NCBI GenBank assembly: GCA_963760365.1
Contig: CAVXDC010000008.1
Span: 15,328-79,327, forward strand
Reading direction: 5' to 3'
From: an uncultured Phycisphaerae bacterium
GTDB taxonomy: Bacteria > Planctomycetota > Phycisphaerae > SM23-33
DNA: 64,000 nt
In this document: piece by piece, positions 1 to 9,805 of the stretch
Layout: every line of letters begins with the position of its first letter
Numbering within the stretch: the stretch's first letter is position 1
Program-made: the position numbers and the translations under genes
Notes under the pieces: model-generated
What the model saw: the letters and a program-made list of their open reading frames with translations, nothing else
The model's database searches: none
Told to the model about the DNA's origin: nothing

Positions 1-618
1 GGTGCGGATGCCCTTGGCGGCCAGTTTCCCCAAAAGCGCCGCCGTGAAGTGCATCCCCGCCGTCGGGGCGGCCACGGCGCCGGGATGAGCGGCATAGACG
101 GTTTGATAGCGGCGGCGATCGGCCTGGTCCGCTTGGCGCCTGCGGCGGCGGATGTACGGGGGCAGCGGCGTGCGGCCGAACTGCCGCAACAAGTCCAGCG
201 CCGGCGCCGCCGGACTGACGGCCAGCTCGTACTGCCCGCCGCCGAGATTTTTTGACAGCTCCATCACCACGTCCGACGCACCCTCCACGGAGAGCTTCTC
301 ACTCCGGCGGCATCGGCCGGCGTTGCGGAAAAGCACCTCCCAGCGGCCGACGGATGGCTCGCGGCAGAACAGGCCGTCGATCCTGCCCCCGCCGGCCCGA
401 CGGCAGGTAAATCGCGCCGGAATCACCGCCGTGTCGTTCACCACCAGCAGGTCGCCGGCCCGAAGGAGCCGGGGAAGATCGGAAAACACATGGTCGCTCA
501 TCTGCCCATCGCGCCGGCGGAGCACCAGCAGACGCGACCGATCCCGCCGCAGGCAAGGATGCTGGGCGACCAGGGTTTTATCCAAAGGATAGTCGAAATC
601 GGACGTTCGCAAGGGCAC
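1..618 (-). CDS. queA: S-adenosylmethionine:tRNA ribosyltransferase-isomerase (5' part; runs off the window)
   Basis: Manual minus-strand translation from GTG at 618: LRTSDFDYPL..LVAQHP..RDRSRLLV..GDLLVVNDTAVIPAR..TPLPPYI..YQTVYA..GAVAAPTAGMHFT, all QueA hallmarks. Not in the ORF track because it is open at the window edge. Confidence 0.95.
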   Translation of the reverse strand, partial: MPLRTSDFDYPLDKTLVAQHPCLRRDRSRLLVLRRRDGQMSDHVFSDLPRLLRAGDLLVVNDTAVIPARFTCRRAGGGRIDGLFCREPSVGRWEVLFRNAGRCRRSEKLSVEGASDVVMELSKNLGGGQYELAVSPAAPALDLLRQFGRTPLPPYIRRRRRQADQADRRRYQTVYAAHPGAVAAPTAGMHFTAALLGKLAAKGIRT

Positions 619-783
619 GAAATGGCCTCATCATCGCTTGTTTCATCACCCATCGTTCAAACCGCATCCACGCTATCATACTCACAGACGATAATTAGGA
701 AAGGCGCGACATAACCCCTTTTTGGACAGGCCTCTAGGACGCCGATACAGAGGTTCTGCACAGATTTTCCACACCGGCAGCTA

Positions 784-799
784 AGCAATTTCCCTGCCA
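784..799 (-). promoter_or_regulatory. Putative sigma54 -24/-12 promoter facing queA
   Basis: Minus strand TGGCAGG-GAAA-TTGCT matches TGGCACG-N4-TTGCW with correct spacing, in an AT-rich intergenic region. Confidence 0.5.
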
Positions 800-987
800 A
801 AGCACTCGCTGTGAGAAAACTACTGGCAAATAAGATTGTTTTCAACAACGGGACTCTGTGCCCTAACCGGTTGCCGAAAGGATGATTAGTGCTGGCGAAC
901 TTGGAGTTCTTTGCGGCTCGTGCAAGTTGGCATTTGAGATTTGGTCCGTCGTTTGCCTGAGCCGCACGAACGGGGAGCAAGAATTCC

Positions 988-1605
988 TCAGTTCCCCCCT
1001 TGCGAAGGCTTTTTCTTGGGCTTGCCGCCGCCGATGGCGTCCTGGATGACGATGGAGATGATGGTGGGAACGGCAATCAGGAGCGGCAGCAGGTGCACGT
1101 TGTTGACCAGCGAGTCCTCCACGTCTTGGCGGAACTGCTCGTAGCGGAGCAGCAGCACCAGGACGCCCGAGACGGCCATGGCCGAGCCCTGAAGCGAGGT
1201 GAAGGTGATGATGGTCAACCGGAAGATCACGAACGCCAGCATCCCCAGCGTAATCAACCCCAGCAAGGCCCCCACCCAGTGATAGTCCACCAGTTGCACC
1301 TGACCGGCGGCCACGGCGAGGTAGCGCCACAGCAGCAGCCCCGTCGCCCCCCCCACCAGCGCCCCCATCAGGCCGACGGCGTATTTCATCAGCGGCCAGG
1401 CCAGCACGCCCAGCAGCAGCGCCCCGGCGATGCCGGTCACCAGGGGCAGGTTGTGGGGCGTCTGGCCCAGGTTGCCGATCATCTGCCCGATGGCAAAGCC
1501 CAGGAAGGCCGCGTTGGCCGTCACCAGGATCTTGAACATCTTGAACCCGCAGAGCATGTACGTCAGCCCCAGCGCCAGCAGCAGCACGGCCTGGAGCGGG
1601 TCCAC
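988..1605 (-). CDS. Multi-pass membrane protein (DUF4203/TMEM198-like)
   Basis: About 7 Gly-rich hydrophobic helices with GFKMFK and TSLQGS motifs. The true start may be ATG 1717, with a frameshift. Confidence 0.7.
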   Translation of the reverse strand: MDPLQAVLLLALGLTYMLCGFKMFKILVTANAAFLGFAIGQMIGNLGQTPHNLPLVTGIAGALLLGVLAWPLMKYAVGLMGALVGGATGLLLWRYLAVAAGQVQLVDYHWVGALLGLITLGMLAFVIFRLTIITFTSLQGSAMAVSGVLVLLLRYEQFRQDVEDSLVNNVHLLPLLIAVPTIISIVIQDAIGGGKPKKKPSQGGN

Positions 1606-1732
1606 GCTCAGCAGGTACTGGACGAACTCCTGTTGCGTGGGGACCCTTCCGGCCTGGAGGGATTCGATGAATCCACCGGGAGGAACCGAACCGGAGACTT
1701 CTTGCGTTGTCTGACATGGTCGATCCGAAAGG

Positions 1733-2584
1733 TTATCTCTTGGCCTTGTCCTTCTGGCCCGGCGAGGCTGACTTCTTGGCGGCGGCCTTTTCTTCGGCCT
1801 CGGCCTTGGCCTTCTTTTCCTTCTCGGCCTTTTGTGCGGCCACGTCCCCGCAATACTGAAAGACCAGCGAGAAGATCAGCAGCACCCCGCATCCGCCGGC
1901 CTGGAGCACGTAGCCGGACCACGTGGCCGGCCAAGCGGAACCGTCCAGGCGGCTGACGGCCAGCATCAGCCCCCCGACGATGCCCACCGCGCCGATCAGG
2001 GCCGTCATGAAGATCTTGCCCAGCCTGGGCAGCAGGAGCAGCACCACCAGCGGCACGCCCCCGCCCAGGCAGATCGTCCACAGGACCGTCGCGGAATTGT
2101 TCGCCCACAGCGTCCCGGCGCCGTCGCTGAAAAACTGCTTGCAGGCAAGGAGCCACCCCTGGATGTCGGCGGCGGCCTTCTCGTCAAAGGCGGGCTGGCT
2201 GGTGGCGGGCAGCGACTCCAGCGTGCGGGACATCAGCACCCCAAGGGCAAGCAGGCCGAAGAACGCCCCGCCCGCCAGGGCCCAGAGGATCCTGGCGGCG
2301 ACCGCCCCCAAGATGGCCAATCCCAGAATCGCCACGACGTCCGCGGCCACGACGGGCAGGCCGAACTGCCGCGCCAGCGCGCCAGCCAGCAACGTCCCCG
2401 CCGCCGCGCCCAGGGCGCTCAGGAAAGGCCTGGACAGGACGCGACCCCACAGCAGCAGCAGCGCACCCAGGATCACCAGCAGGCCGGCCAGTCCCCAGGC
2501 CGTGGTGGAGGGCAATTGCAGCGGTGGTGGCGGCGGGATGTTCAGCACGTCCGACGTCCTTATCGCACGGCCGGGGCCGGACAC
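1733..2584 (-). CDS. Multi-pass membrane protein (DUF4203-like)
   Basis: Gly/Leu-rich TM helices and a Lys-rich C-terminal tail; co-oriented with and abutting its neighbours. Confidence 0.7.
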   Translation of the reverse strand: MSGPGRAIRTSDVLNIPPPPPLQLPSTTAWGLAGLLVILGALLLLWGRVLSRPFLSALGAAAGTLLAGALARQFGLPVVAADVVAILGLAILGAVAARILWALAGGAFFGLLALGVLMSRTLESLPATSQPAFDEKAAADIQGWLLACKQFFSDGAGTLWANNSATVLWTICLGGGVPLVVLLLLPRLGKIFMTALIGAVGIVGGLMLAVSRLDGSAWPATWSGYVLQAGGCGVLLIFSLVFQYCGDVAAQKAEKEKKAKAEAEEKAAAKKSASPGQKDKAKR

Positions 2585-2585
2585 C

Positions 2586-3785
2586 CTAACGGCGCCGACG
2601 AAGCGCCTCTAAATCCGCCCGGGCCCATTGCAGCTTCCGCTCGTCCTTCAACGTTTCGATGGCTTTTTGGAGCATCTGCTCGGCCTGGTCGTACTGGTGG
2701 AGGTATCGGCCGTAGAGCAGGCCGAGCATCAGATAGATATCGGCGATGTGCTCGTAGTTGCCATAGTGTTTCAGGAACCGCTCATAGGCGTCGGCGGCGG
2801 CGGGGTGCTGCTCGACGGCCATCAAGTGATTGGCCACGTCCAGTTGCTGTTCCTGCGGCAGCACGGCCCCCTCGGCCACTTGGAGGAGCTGGAGGTATTT
2901 GGCGGCCGCCTCAGATAGGTCGTGGCGGCGCCAGGCCTCGTCGATCTGCCGGCGGAGCTGTGCCTCCAGCGCTCCGGGTGTTTCGGCCGGTGCGGGCGGA
3001 ATGGCCCCGGCGTCCACTTGGCGGGTGGGCGGATGGACGGGAGGCCGAGGGGTGAAGCTGAAAGGATCATAGCCCGCCCGGACCATCCGGCGGTAGTGGG
3101 CGCGGCGGCGGGCCGCCCGAATCAGGTTCAGCAGGTCCAGCGGGTCCCGCGGCAGCAGTCGCAAGGCCAGCAGTCCGGCCGTCACGGCAATGCCGAAAAC
3201 GTACCCGCTGCTGTGGGCGGCGTAGGCGACGCCCGACTCGGCCACGTGACTGAGGCTCGGGGTCAGGGACAGCCACAGGTTGAACAGGAACTGGAACAGC
3301 AGGAAGTACAGACTGGAAACCTCAAAGGTCGTTACGAGGAAATACCACATCAGCAGCATGACACGGGCCCGGGGCAGCAGCACCAGGTAGGCCCCGGTGA
3401 CGGCCGAGATCGCCCCCGAGGCGCCCAGCACGGGGCTCTGCCCCCCCATCAGGATGTACCCGACCCCGGCCAGCACGCCCCCGCCCAGGTAGAACGCCAG
3501 GTACCCCACGTGGCCCAGGCGGTCGTTGACGGCGTTGCCGAAGACCCACAGAAAAATCATGTTCCCCACCAGGTGCGCGACGCCGGCGTGGAGAAAGATG
3601 GCCGTGAAGAACTGGTACAGATGGAGATCGTTGGGGTCCAGGAACAGTCGTTCGATCGGCAGGGTGGACCGGCCCATCAACCAGCGAAAGCTCATCGCAA
3701 ACGCGGCGAGGTTGAGCCCGATCAGCAGGTAGTTGACCCACGGCTTGTGGGCCATGTGGTAGTCCGTACGTATCGGTATGAACAT
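2586..3785 (-). CDS. Rhomboid family intramembrane serine protease with C-terminal TPR region
   Basis: FLHAGVAHLVGNMIFLWVFG, catalytic GASGA and AYAAH motifs; TPR-like tail. Confidence 0.93.
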   Translation of the reverse strand: MFIPIRTDYHMAHKPWVNYLLIGLNLAAFAMSFRWLMGRSTLPIERLFLDPNDLHLYQFFTAIFLHAGVAHLVGNMIFLWVFGNAVNDRLGHVGYLAFYLGGGVLAGVGYILMGGQSPVLGASGAISAVTGAYLVLLPRARVMLLMWYFLVTTFEVSSLYFLLFQFLFNLWLSLTPSLSHVAESGVAYAAHSSGYVFGIAVTAGLLALRLLPRDPLDLLNLIRAARRRAHYRRMVRAGYDPFSFTPRPPVHPPTRQVDAGAIPPAPAETPGALEAQLRRQIDEAWRRHDLSEAAAKYLQLLQVAEGAVLPQEQQLDVANHLMAVEQHPAAADAYERFLKHYGNYEHIADIYLMLGLLYGRYLHQYDQAEQMLQKAIETLKDERKLQWARADLEALRRRR

Positions 3786-3867
3786 GTTCCCTCTGCCGCG
3801 GCCGCCGCGTCACCGGGGCGCAGGCTTTTAGTCCATAGTCAAAAAGTCAGCCAGGCCCCAAGGCCCA

Positions 3868-3941
3868 TGGGCGCGACAGGGCTTGAACCTATGACCTCTT
3901 CCTTGTAAGGGAAGCGCTCTAGCCAACTGAGCTACGCGCCC
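3868..3941 (-). tRNA. tRNA-Val(TAC)
   Basis: Minus strand GGGCGCGTAGCTCAGTTGGCTAGAGCG-CTTCC-CTTACAA-GGAAG-AGGTCATAGGTTCAAGCCCTGTCGCGCCCA folds as a cloverleaf with anticodon TAC. Confidence 0.97.
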
Positions 3942-4186
3942 AGACCGCACGTGCACTATACTTCGCTCCCGCGGCCCTGCCAAGGGAATCGCCGTCGGCA
4001 GGAGCGCCATGAGGTTTGAGGCGCTATCATTGACAAAGGCGCCCCAGGCGGCGAAAAAGGATTCTCGTACCCGGCGGCGATTGTGGGCCGCCGACCGAGG
4101 TGAAACTCAAGTTGACGTCACGAGACGAAGAACGATAACCGGAAAACCCAGGCGCCTACGCAGAAAGGAAAAAAGGTCAGCAAGCC

Positions 4187-4669
4187 ATGGCAGAACAATT
4201 TGAGATTACCGAACTAGTCAAAATCGCCGTGGAGGACGAGATCAGCGGCGTGGCTTTCTACACCGCGCTGGCGAAAAAGACCCAGGACCAGGAGCTCCAA
4301 AAAACCTTCGCCGAGCTGGCCGAGCAGGAAAAGTACCACCAGAAACGGTTCGAGGAAATGCTCGCCGGTCTGGGGGGTCACAAGCCCGCCGAGGAGTATC
4401 CGGGCCAGTACATGGCCTACCTCCGCGTGCTGACCGACCAGCGGGCCTTCCCCGACCCCAAGGCCGCCTACAAGGCCGCCCAACAGTGCCGCGACGAGGC
4501 CGCCGCCCTGACCCTGGCCATCCGCTTCGAGCGTGACACGCTGATGCTGATGAACGAGATGCGCAAGCTCGTCCCGGCCAAGGACGCACCCATCGTCGAG
4601 CAATTGGCCGGCGAGGAGCAGTCCCACCTGGTAGTCTTGACCCAGGCCCAGCAGCGCCTGGGCCGCTGA
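4187..4669 (+). CDS. Ferritin-like / rubrerythrin family protein
   Basis: Two E..ExxH di-iron repeats (AVEDE..FY..EQEKYH; AIRFE..EEQSH). Confidence 0.88.
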   Translation: MAEQFEITELVKIAVEDEISGVAFYTALAKKTQDQELQKTFAELAEQEKYHQKRFEEMLAGLGGHKPAEEYPGQYMAYLRVLTDQRAFPDPKAAYKAAQQCRDEAAALTLAIRFERDTLMLMNEMRKLVPAKDAPIVEQLAGEEQSHLVVLTQAQQRLGR

Positions 4670-4817
4670 AAGCCCAGGCCCTCAGAGAAAGGAGGCCCTG
4701 GCATTGCCCCCCGCCGAGGGCGTATAATGCCGCCCGGATCGGGCCGTGCTGTGATGTTCGCAATCAGAACGCTCGGATCGCTGACGAGCGAACCCTCAGG
4801 ATAGACAGGAGCCGACC

Positions 4818-5288
4818 ATGAAAGGAAACAAGAAGCTGTTGGACGCCCTCAACGCCCGCCTGTCGGAGGAACTGGGCGCCATCAACCAGTACATGGTGCA
4901 CACCGAGATGCTGGAAAACTGGGGCTACATCCGCCTGGCCAAGAAGGTCAGGGCCCGGGCTATCGTCGAGATGAAACACGCCGAAAAGCTCATCGAGCGC
5001 CTCCTCTTCCTGGAGGGCACGCCCGTCGTCAACCAGCTCAGCCCCATCCGCATCGGCGCCGACGTGCCCAAGCAGTTCGCCAACGACCTGGCGTCCGAGA
5101 ACGACGCGGTCAAGAAGTACAACGCCACCATCAAGCTGGCCGTGGAAGTCTCCGACAACGCCTCCAAGGAAATCCTCGACGCCATCCTCAACGACGAGGA
5201 CGGCCACGTGAATGAACTGGAGGAACAGCTCGACCAGATCAAGCAGATGGGCCTGGAAATCTATCTCAGCGCCCAGACCAAGGAGTAG
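4818..5288 (+). CDS. bfr: Bacterioferritin
   Basis: MKG start, ELGAINQYMVH, EMKHAEKLIERLLFLEG, DEDGH..LE. Confidence 0.96.
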   Translation: MKGNKKLLDALNARLSEELGAINQYMVHTEMLENWGYIRLAKKVRARAIVEMKHAEKLIERLLFLEGTPVVNQLSPIRIGADVPKQFANDLASENDAVKKYNATIKLAVEVSDNASKEILDAILNDEDGHVNELEEQLDQIKQMGLEIYLSAQTKE

Positions 5289-5306
5289 CGGCCCTCGCAG
5301 AGCAGA

Positions 5307-5385
5307 GCTTGGAAGACGCTTAGCAGATGCTTGGCAGATGCTTGGCAAAAAGTCTTTTAACCGACAACCGATAACTGTTAACCGT
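5307..5385. repeat. Short tandem repeats (11-mer x4, then degenerate 7-mer x4)
   Basis: gcttggaagac gcttagcagat gcttggcagat gcttggcaaaa; taaccga caaccga taactgt taaccgt. Confidence 0.7.
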
Positions 5386-6048
5386 CGTGGCTGAGCGCAG
5401 GACGCCCTTGTATTCGGGTAAATGACCCCCTCATCATCGGGTTTGCTACGAAAGCGGGCTTGGGGCCTTTGACAGCATTTTCACCCACAAACCAAAAAAC
5501 CTAAATCTTTCCAGAGAAAATCCAAAAAGACGGACCGTTCTATCCCTTTGTTATCCATGGTCTTAGACCAAAAGTGTCTAGTGATCTGAACGCCGAGTTG
5601 GGTTTTTGCTGGACAGAAGTGCCTAGTAAGTTATAATTGTTAATGCTTACGAGCAGCGGGATGCTCAAACATTCCACCCCGCTGTTTCAAAAATGTTGAA
5701 AAGCCATTAGGCTCCTGGCTCGGTTTGTTGCTCCCTTCCTTCCAAACCGGCCAGAAAATAGGCAGATCCGGTCTGCTCCACCGGGTCTGCCACTTTTTTT
5801 GGGGGTCCTCCCGCGTCGGCGAATTTCCAGCGAGCCGGTGCGCCTCCGCAAGACGATCCACAGCGTCAAGGTCTAGGTGCCGGGTGCCGACGGTAAGCCC
5901 GTGGCCGGGCGGATGGATTTGCCGGAGGGCTGGTGGTGCCTACCGGACCAGCAGGAGTAAGCGGCTTCACAGGTTCGTGTCATCCACACCGGCATCGCCA
6001 ACGAGATCGCCAAGGCAGAGAAATAGACTGGATCGCTGGCAAACACCG

Positions 6049-6453
6049 CTATGAATCACTTTGTCTGCTGAGTTCCTGAAGGGCCTTTTCAATGCCTGTC
6101 AGCGACGCCAGTATCTGCCGTTGGTTAAAGGATCGCCACCTGATGTACAGAGAGACAGTGCAGACTATTGCGGCAGCCAGAACAGACACAAAGACTAGTA
6201 CGCACCAGTCTATCGTGTCACGGATAGTCTTTTTGGAGAGATCCACGGTCTGCAGTTTCTGACCGACTAGTCCGGCGGTGAGGTAGCCGACTATGACCAT
6301 GCCCCACAGCACAATCGTTACCACTCGAATGCGCCGTAATCGGCCGCGATCCTTCTTGACTCTGTTAATTATTGCTGTGTATTCCGCGTTGAGTTCATCG
6401 GGACCGCCATCTTGCACAGAAGCCGGAATGCGATCAGGGAAGTCATTGCTCAT
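6049..6453 (-). CDS. Small two-TM membrane protein, possible anti-sigma factor
   Basis: Overlaps the ECF sigma stop codon; two hydrophobic segments. Confidence 0.65.
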   Translation of the reverse strand: MSNDFPDRIPASVQDGGPDELNAEYTAIINRVKKDRGRLRRIRVVTIVLWGMVIVGYLTAGLVGQKLQTVDLSKKTIRDTIDWCVLVFVSVLAAAIVCTVSLYIRWRSFNQRQILASLTGIEKALQELSRQSDS

Positions 6454-7000
6454 GGTAGCCCGTCCTTTCAAAATGTTCTCGGAGTCGCTTCTTGGCGATG
6501 TTCAGTCGAGACCTGACCGTTCCGATCGGGCAGCGAACCACCTTCGCGATGTCCGAGTAAGACATTTCCTCGAAGAACCTGAGAATCAGAACCTCTCTGT
6601 GCTCAGGCTGGAGAAGCCGCAAGGCCTCGTGAATCAGCATGGCGTCAAAACGCTCGATAGATCGGTCTTCGCCTTCATGCTCCAGAAGCTCGTCGTCCTC
6701 TGCCAGTTGAAGGTGGGACGGTCTTCGAATCGCGTGGTACACTTTGTGTCGCGCGATGGCGTACAACCAGGCGACAAAGGCCTCAGGCTGTCTGAGTGTT
6801 ACGATCTTGCGGTACACAGTTATCCATACCTCCTGGAGAACATCGTCCGCTGTATCCGTCGAGCCGACCAACTGGCGAACGAAATACCGCAGGCTGCGGT
6901 GGTAGGTGCGCACCAATCGCTCAAACGCACTCTCATCGCCAAGCTGACAACGGAGAATCAATGTGCGTTCAGCCAGTCGTTTCAGGTCGTGTTGCCGCAC
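6443..7000 (-). CDS. ECF RNA polymerase sigma-70 factor
   Basis: GDESAFERLV, DDVLQEVWI, FVAWLYAIARHK, region 4 SYSDIA..CPIGTVRSRL. Confidence 0.93.
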   Translation of the reverse strand: MRQHDLKRLAERTLILRCQLGDESAFERLVRTYHRSLRYFVRQLVGSTDTADDVLQEVWITVYRKIVTLRQPEAFVAWLYAIARHKVYHAIRRPSHLQLAEDDELLEHEGEDRSIERFDAMLIHEALRLLQPEHREVLILRFFEEMSYSDIAKVVRCPIGTVRSRLNIAKKRLREHFERTGYHEQ

Positions 7001-7075
7001 GCTATTAGTTTAGTCCCAGCAAGCCTTAGGAAGTTCAGTCAGACTTACCCTTTTTCAAGATAGTCGTCCAACATA

Positions 7076-7318
7076 ATGCCGCGAGATACAGGTTCAATCC
7101 GAGCAGGTCGCGCGTTCGTCGAGCTGCTCGCCAACGATAGCAAGCTCGTGCGCGGACTGAGGGCGGCGCAGACGAAGCTCAAGGCATTCGGTGCGGCTGT
7201 CACGGGAATGGGGATGAAGATGATGGAACTGGGTGCGACGACACTCACGCCACTGGCCGGGGTGGTCTTTGACCCTACGACCGACCTGGAGGCCTTCAAG
7301 AACTGCCCAGCCGGATAA
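7076..7318 (+). pseudogene. Truncated phage tail tape-measure protein N-terminus
   Basis: IRAGRAFVELLANDSKLVRGLRAAQTKLKAFG resembles, from recall, the N-terminus of planctomycete prophage tape-measure proteins; only 80 aa long. Confidence 0.6.
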
Positions 7319-7320
7319 GG

Positions 7321-8583
7321 TTACTTCTCTGTACCGGCCGACCGCGGAAGCTCCACGCGGACCTTGGTGATTCTCCGCTCGTCGGCGGCTAGGACGGTGA
7401 AGGTCGCGCCGTGGGCGTGCAGGGTCTCCCCGGTTGAGGGGATGTAGCCCAGTTCGGCGAAGAGCATCCCGGCCAGGGTATCGTAGTCCTGCCCTGGGGG
7501 GATGCGCAGGCCCATCGCCTCGTTCAGCTCGTTGATCCGCAGCCGGCCGTCCACCTCGGCGGTCCGCCGGTCGATCCGCTTCAGCAACGCCGGGGCCGCC
7601 AGATCGTACTCATCGGCAATCTCCCCTACGATCTCCTCCACCACGTCCTCGACGCTCACCAGCCCCGCCGTCCCGCCGTGCTCGTCCAGCACCACGGCGA
7701 TGTGGACCTTGTTAGCCTTCAGCTCCGCCAGCAGGTCGTCGAGGCGTTTGGTCTCCGGGACAAACAGCGGTTTCCGCATGGCGGCCCGCACGCTCGTCTG
7801 GCCTGACGATTCCATCAGCCCCAGCAGGTCCTTGGCGTAGAGGAAGCCCACGATGTTGTCCAGCCCGCCCTCGTAGACGGGCACGCGGCTGTGCCCGGCC
7901 TGGACGATCCGCCGGGCGGCCTCCTGGCAGGTCAAGTCCGCCGGCAGGGCGAACACGTCCGTCCGCGGCGTCATCACCTCCCGGGTCTCCCGCTCATCCA
8001 AAGACACCACCGAGGCGATCATGTCCGCCTCCTGCGGGCCAACGGCCCCTTCCGCCCGGCCTTCGGAAGCGGCCTGGAGGATCTCCTGCTTGACCGCCTC
8101 CACCTCACCGTCCTCCGGGCCCACCACGCCGGCCAGACGCCGCACCGGCACGTCCATCGCGGCCATGACGGCCACGAACGGGGCGAACAGGTAGCGGAAC
8201 ACCAGCAGCACCTCCAGCGTCCCGGCCAAGACCTTCTCACCCCCGTGCCGCGCCCAGGCGCTGGGGATCCCCACCCCCACGACCGCAATGATGCCGCCGG
8301 CAATCAGCGGCGCCAGGATCGCGCGGAAGACCTCCTGCTCCGGATCAAACAGATACAGGATGGCCACGACCAGGACCAGGTTGCTCAGCGCCCGGCCGAA
8401 CGAGGCCGTCAGTTGCAGCCCGCGCAGGTGCCTGTCGAACCGCTCCAGGCGACGCTTGCCGCGCGGGCCCCAGAACGCCTTCTCCAACCGGGTCCGGCTG
8501 AACGCGCGCAGCGAAAACCCCGCCAGGGCAAAGAACCCCGACAGCACCGTCGCCACCAACGCCAGGAACATCAAGGGTTGCAT
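7321..8583 (-). CDS. HlyC/CorC (CNNM + CBS + CorC) family transporter-associated protein
   Basis: N-terminal TMs, EVMTPRTD, HSRVPVY, AVVLDEHGGTAGLVSVEDVVEEIVGEI.DEYD, DTLAG. Confidence 0.95.
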   Translation of the reverse strand: MQPLMFLALVATVLSGFFALAGFSLRAFSRTRLEKAFWGPRGKRRLERFDRHLRGLQLTASFGRALSNLVLVVAILYLFDPEQEVFRAILAPLIAGGIIAVVGVGIPSAWARHGGEKVLAGTLEVLLVFRYLFAPFVAVMAAMDVPVRRLAGVVGPEDGEVEAVKQEILQAASEGRAEGAVGPQEADMIASVVSLDERETREVMTPRTDVFALPADLTCQEAARRIVQAGHSRVPVYEGGLDNIVGFLYAKDLLGLMESSGQTSVRAAMRKPLFVPETKRLDDLLAELKANKVHIAVVLDEHGGTAGLVSVEDVVEEIVGEIADEYDLAAPALLKRIDRRTAEVDGRLRINELNEAMGLRIPPGQDYDTLAGMLFAELGYIPSTGETLHAHGATFTVLAADERRITKVRVELPRSAGTEK

Positions 8584-8679
8584 CGTGTCCCTTTATTCGC
8601 TGGGCCTGCGGGGCCCCTGAAGCTGTGACGCCTTTTCTCCGCCTGCTCGGCGACCCTCGGCGGGCCGCGACAGGCATCG

Positions 8680-9729
8680 TCAGACCCGCACGCGGGCCAG
8701 CACCGCCAGCGCCCAGCGGACCTTGGAGGCCGGAAACGTCTGCGGGGCGAACTGCTCGTGGATCGGAATCAGGTGCACCCGCTCGCCCACGCGCCGATAC
8801 AGCTTGCAGATCACGCCGATCTGGCCAGTGAGTTGCACGACCGCAGGACGGCCCTCGACGGCCGGGACGGACGGGCTGAGGATCACGACGTCGCCGTGGC
8901 GGATGTCCGGGGCCATGGACTCCCCATCCACCCGCAGGGCGAAGGCATCGCCATAGCGGGCCTTGAAGGCCGGCGCGGCGACAAACTCCGCTGCCTGGAG
9001 CTTCGCCCCGGCCGGCAGGGTGATCACCTGCACCGTCGTCTCACCGACCGCCCCCTGCTCGGCCACCGCCGCCGGACGCACGGAAGAGCCGGGGGCGCGG
9101 CTGTACCGCTCGATCAGGTCCTCCAGCATCGTCACCCCGGCGGAATCATCCGTCTTCTCCCAGAAGTGCGCCACACCGGCGGCCGTCCTGCCCAAAATGG
9201 GAATCCAAGATTCTTTCACACTGCCGCTCACCTCCGCCCCATCAGGACCCACCGGACCTTTGACCCTGCTCGTGTCCGTCTTCCCTGCGACGGGTGCCTT
9301 GACGGCGGTGCTTGCCGACGGCCTATCGGCTGGTGTAACCGATTCCACCGGTGGACCCGGCTGGTCTGCCTGGGTTGAGGGGAACTTCCGGACTCCGCTG
9401 AGGATTTCCAAAAAGGCCGCCAAGGGCCCGGCTGCGTCGGGCCTGTCGGCCAGGAGCCTGGCCACACGCTGCACCAGGGGATGATCCGCGGCGACATCGA
9501 CGCCCGACCTGGTCTTGCCCGTCAACAGCCAGTAAAGGTCCACGCCGGTCCGCTCAGCAATCTTTACCAAGACCTCCGCCGGTGGCACGCGGGTGGTTTC
9601 ATAGTAGTCATAGGTGCTCGGCGAAAGACCTAACTGTTTTGCAAATGAGGCTTTACCTCTTTGCCCAGCCGTCTCAAGACGTAGTTGCGCAATGCGCCGA
9701 CAGATTCCTGAGTCGGTGTGGCTTGCCAT
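8680..9729 (-). CDS. XRE-HTH / peptidase S24 (CI/LexA-like) transcriptional repressor
   Basis: N-terminal HTH (FAKQLGLSPSTYDYYE..VDLYWLLTG), IPILGRTAAG autocleavage site, FALRVDGESMAP Ser and CKLY Lys. Confidence 0.9.
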   Translation of the reverse strand: MASHTDSGICRRIAQLRLETAGQRGKASFAKQLGLSPSTYDYYETTRVPPAEVLVKIAERTGVDLYWLLTGKTRSGVDVAADHPLVQRVARLLADRPDAAGPLAAFLEILSGVRKFPSTQADQPGPPVESVTPADRPSASTAVKAPVAGKTDTSRVKGPVGPDGAEVSGSVKESWIPILGRTAAGVAHFWEKTDDSAGVTMLEDLIERYSRAPGSSVRPAAVAEQGAVGETTVQVITLPAGAKLQAAEFVAAPAFKARYGDAFALRVDGESMAPDIRHGDVVILSPSVPAVEGRPAVVQLTGQIGVICKLYRRVGERVHLIPIHEQFAPQTFPASKVRWALAVLARVRV

Positions 9730-9735
9730 AAAAAT

Positions 9736-9805
9736 CTTCGTAAATGCGTATTTTTGTCTTTACTATATACGCAAATGCGTGTATAGGCTTCTGCAATGCG
9801 TTTAT
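9736..9805. promoter_or_regulatory. Putative operator cluster upstream of the XRE-S24 repressor
   Basis: Near-palindrome TATACGCA-AA-TGCGTGTA plus two more AATGCGT half-sites, overlapping a minus-strand TATAGT -10. Confidence 0.55.

Noticed and set aside
750-775. Replication origin suggested by TTTTCCACA
   Set aside because: Only one near-consensus DnaA box, with no cluster and no dnaA/dnaN context.
2586-3785. Rhombosortase acting on the surface proteins
   Set aside because: The array proteins have PEP-CTERM, not GlyGly-CTERM, tails, and a true exosortase is present.
7076-9729. Intact prophage around the tape-measure fragment and CI-like repressor
   Set aside because: A housekeeping CorC-family gene separates them, and there is no integrase, terminase or capsid gene.
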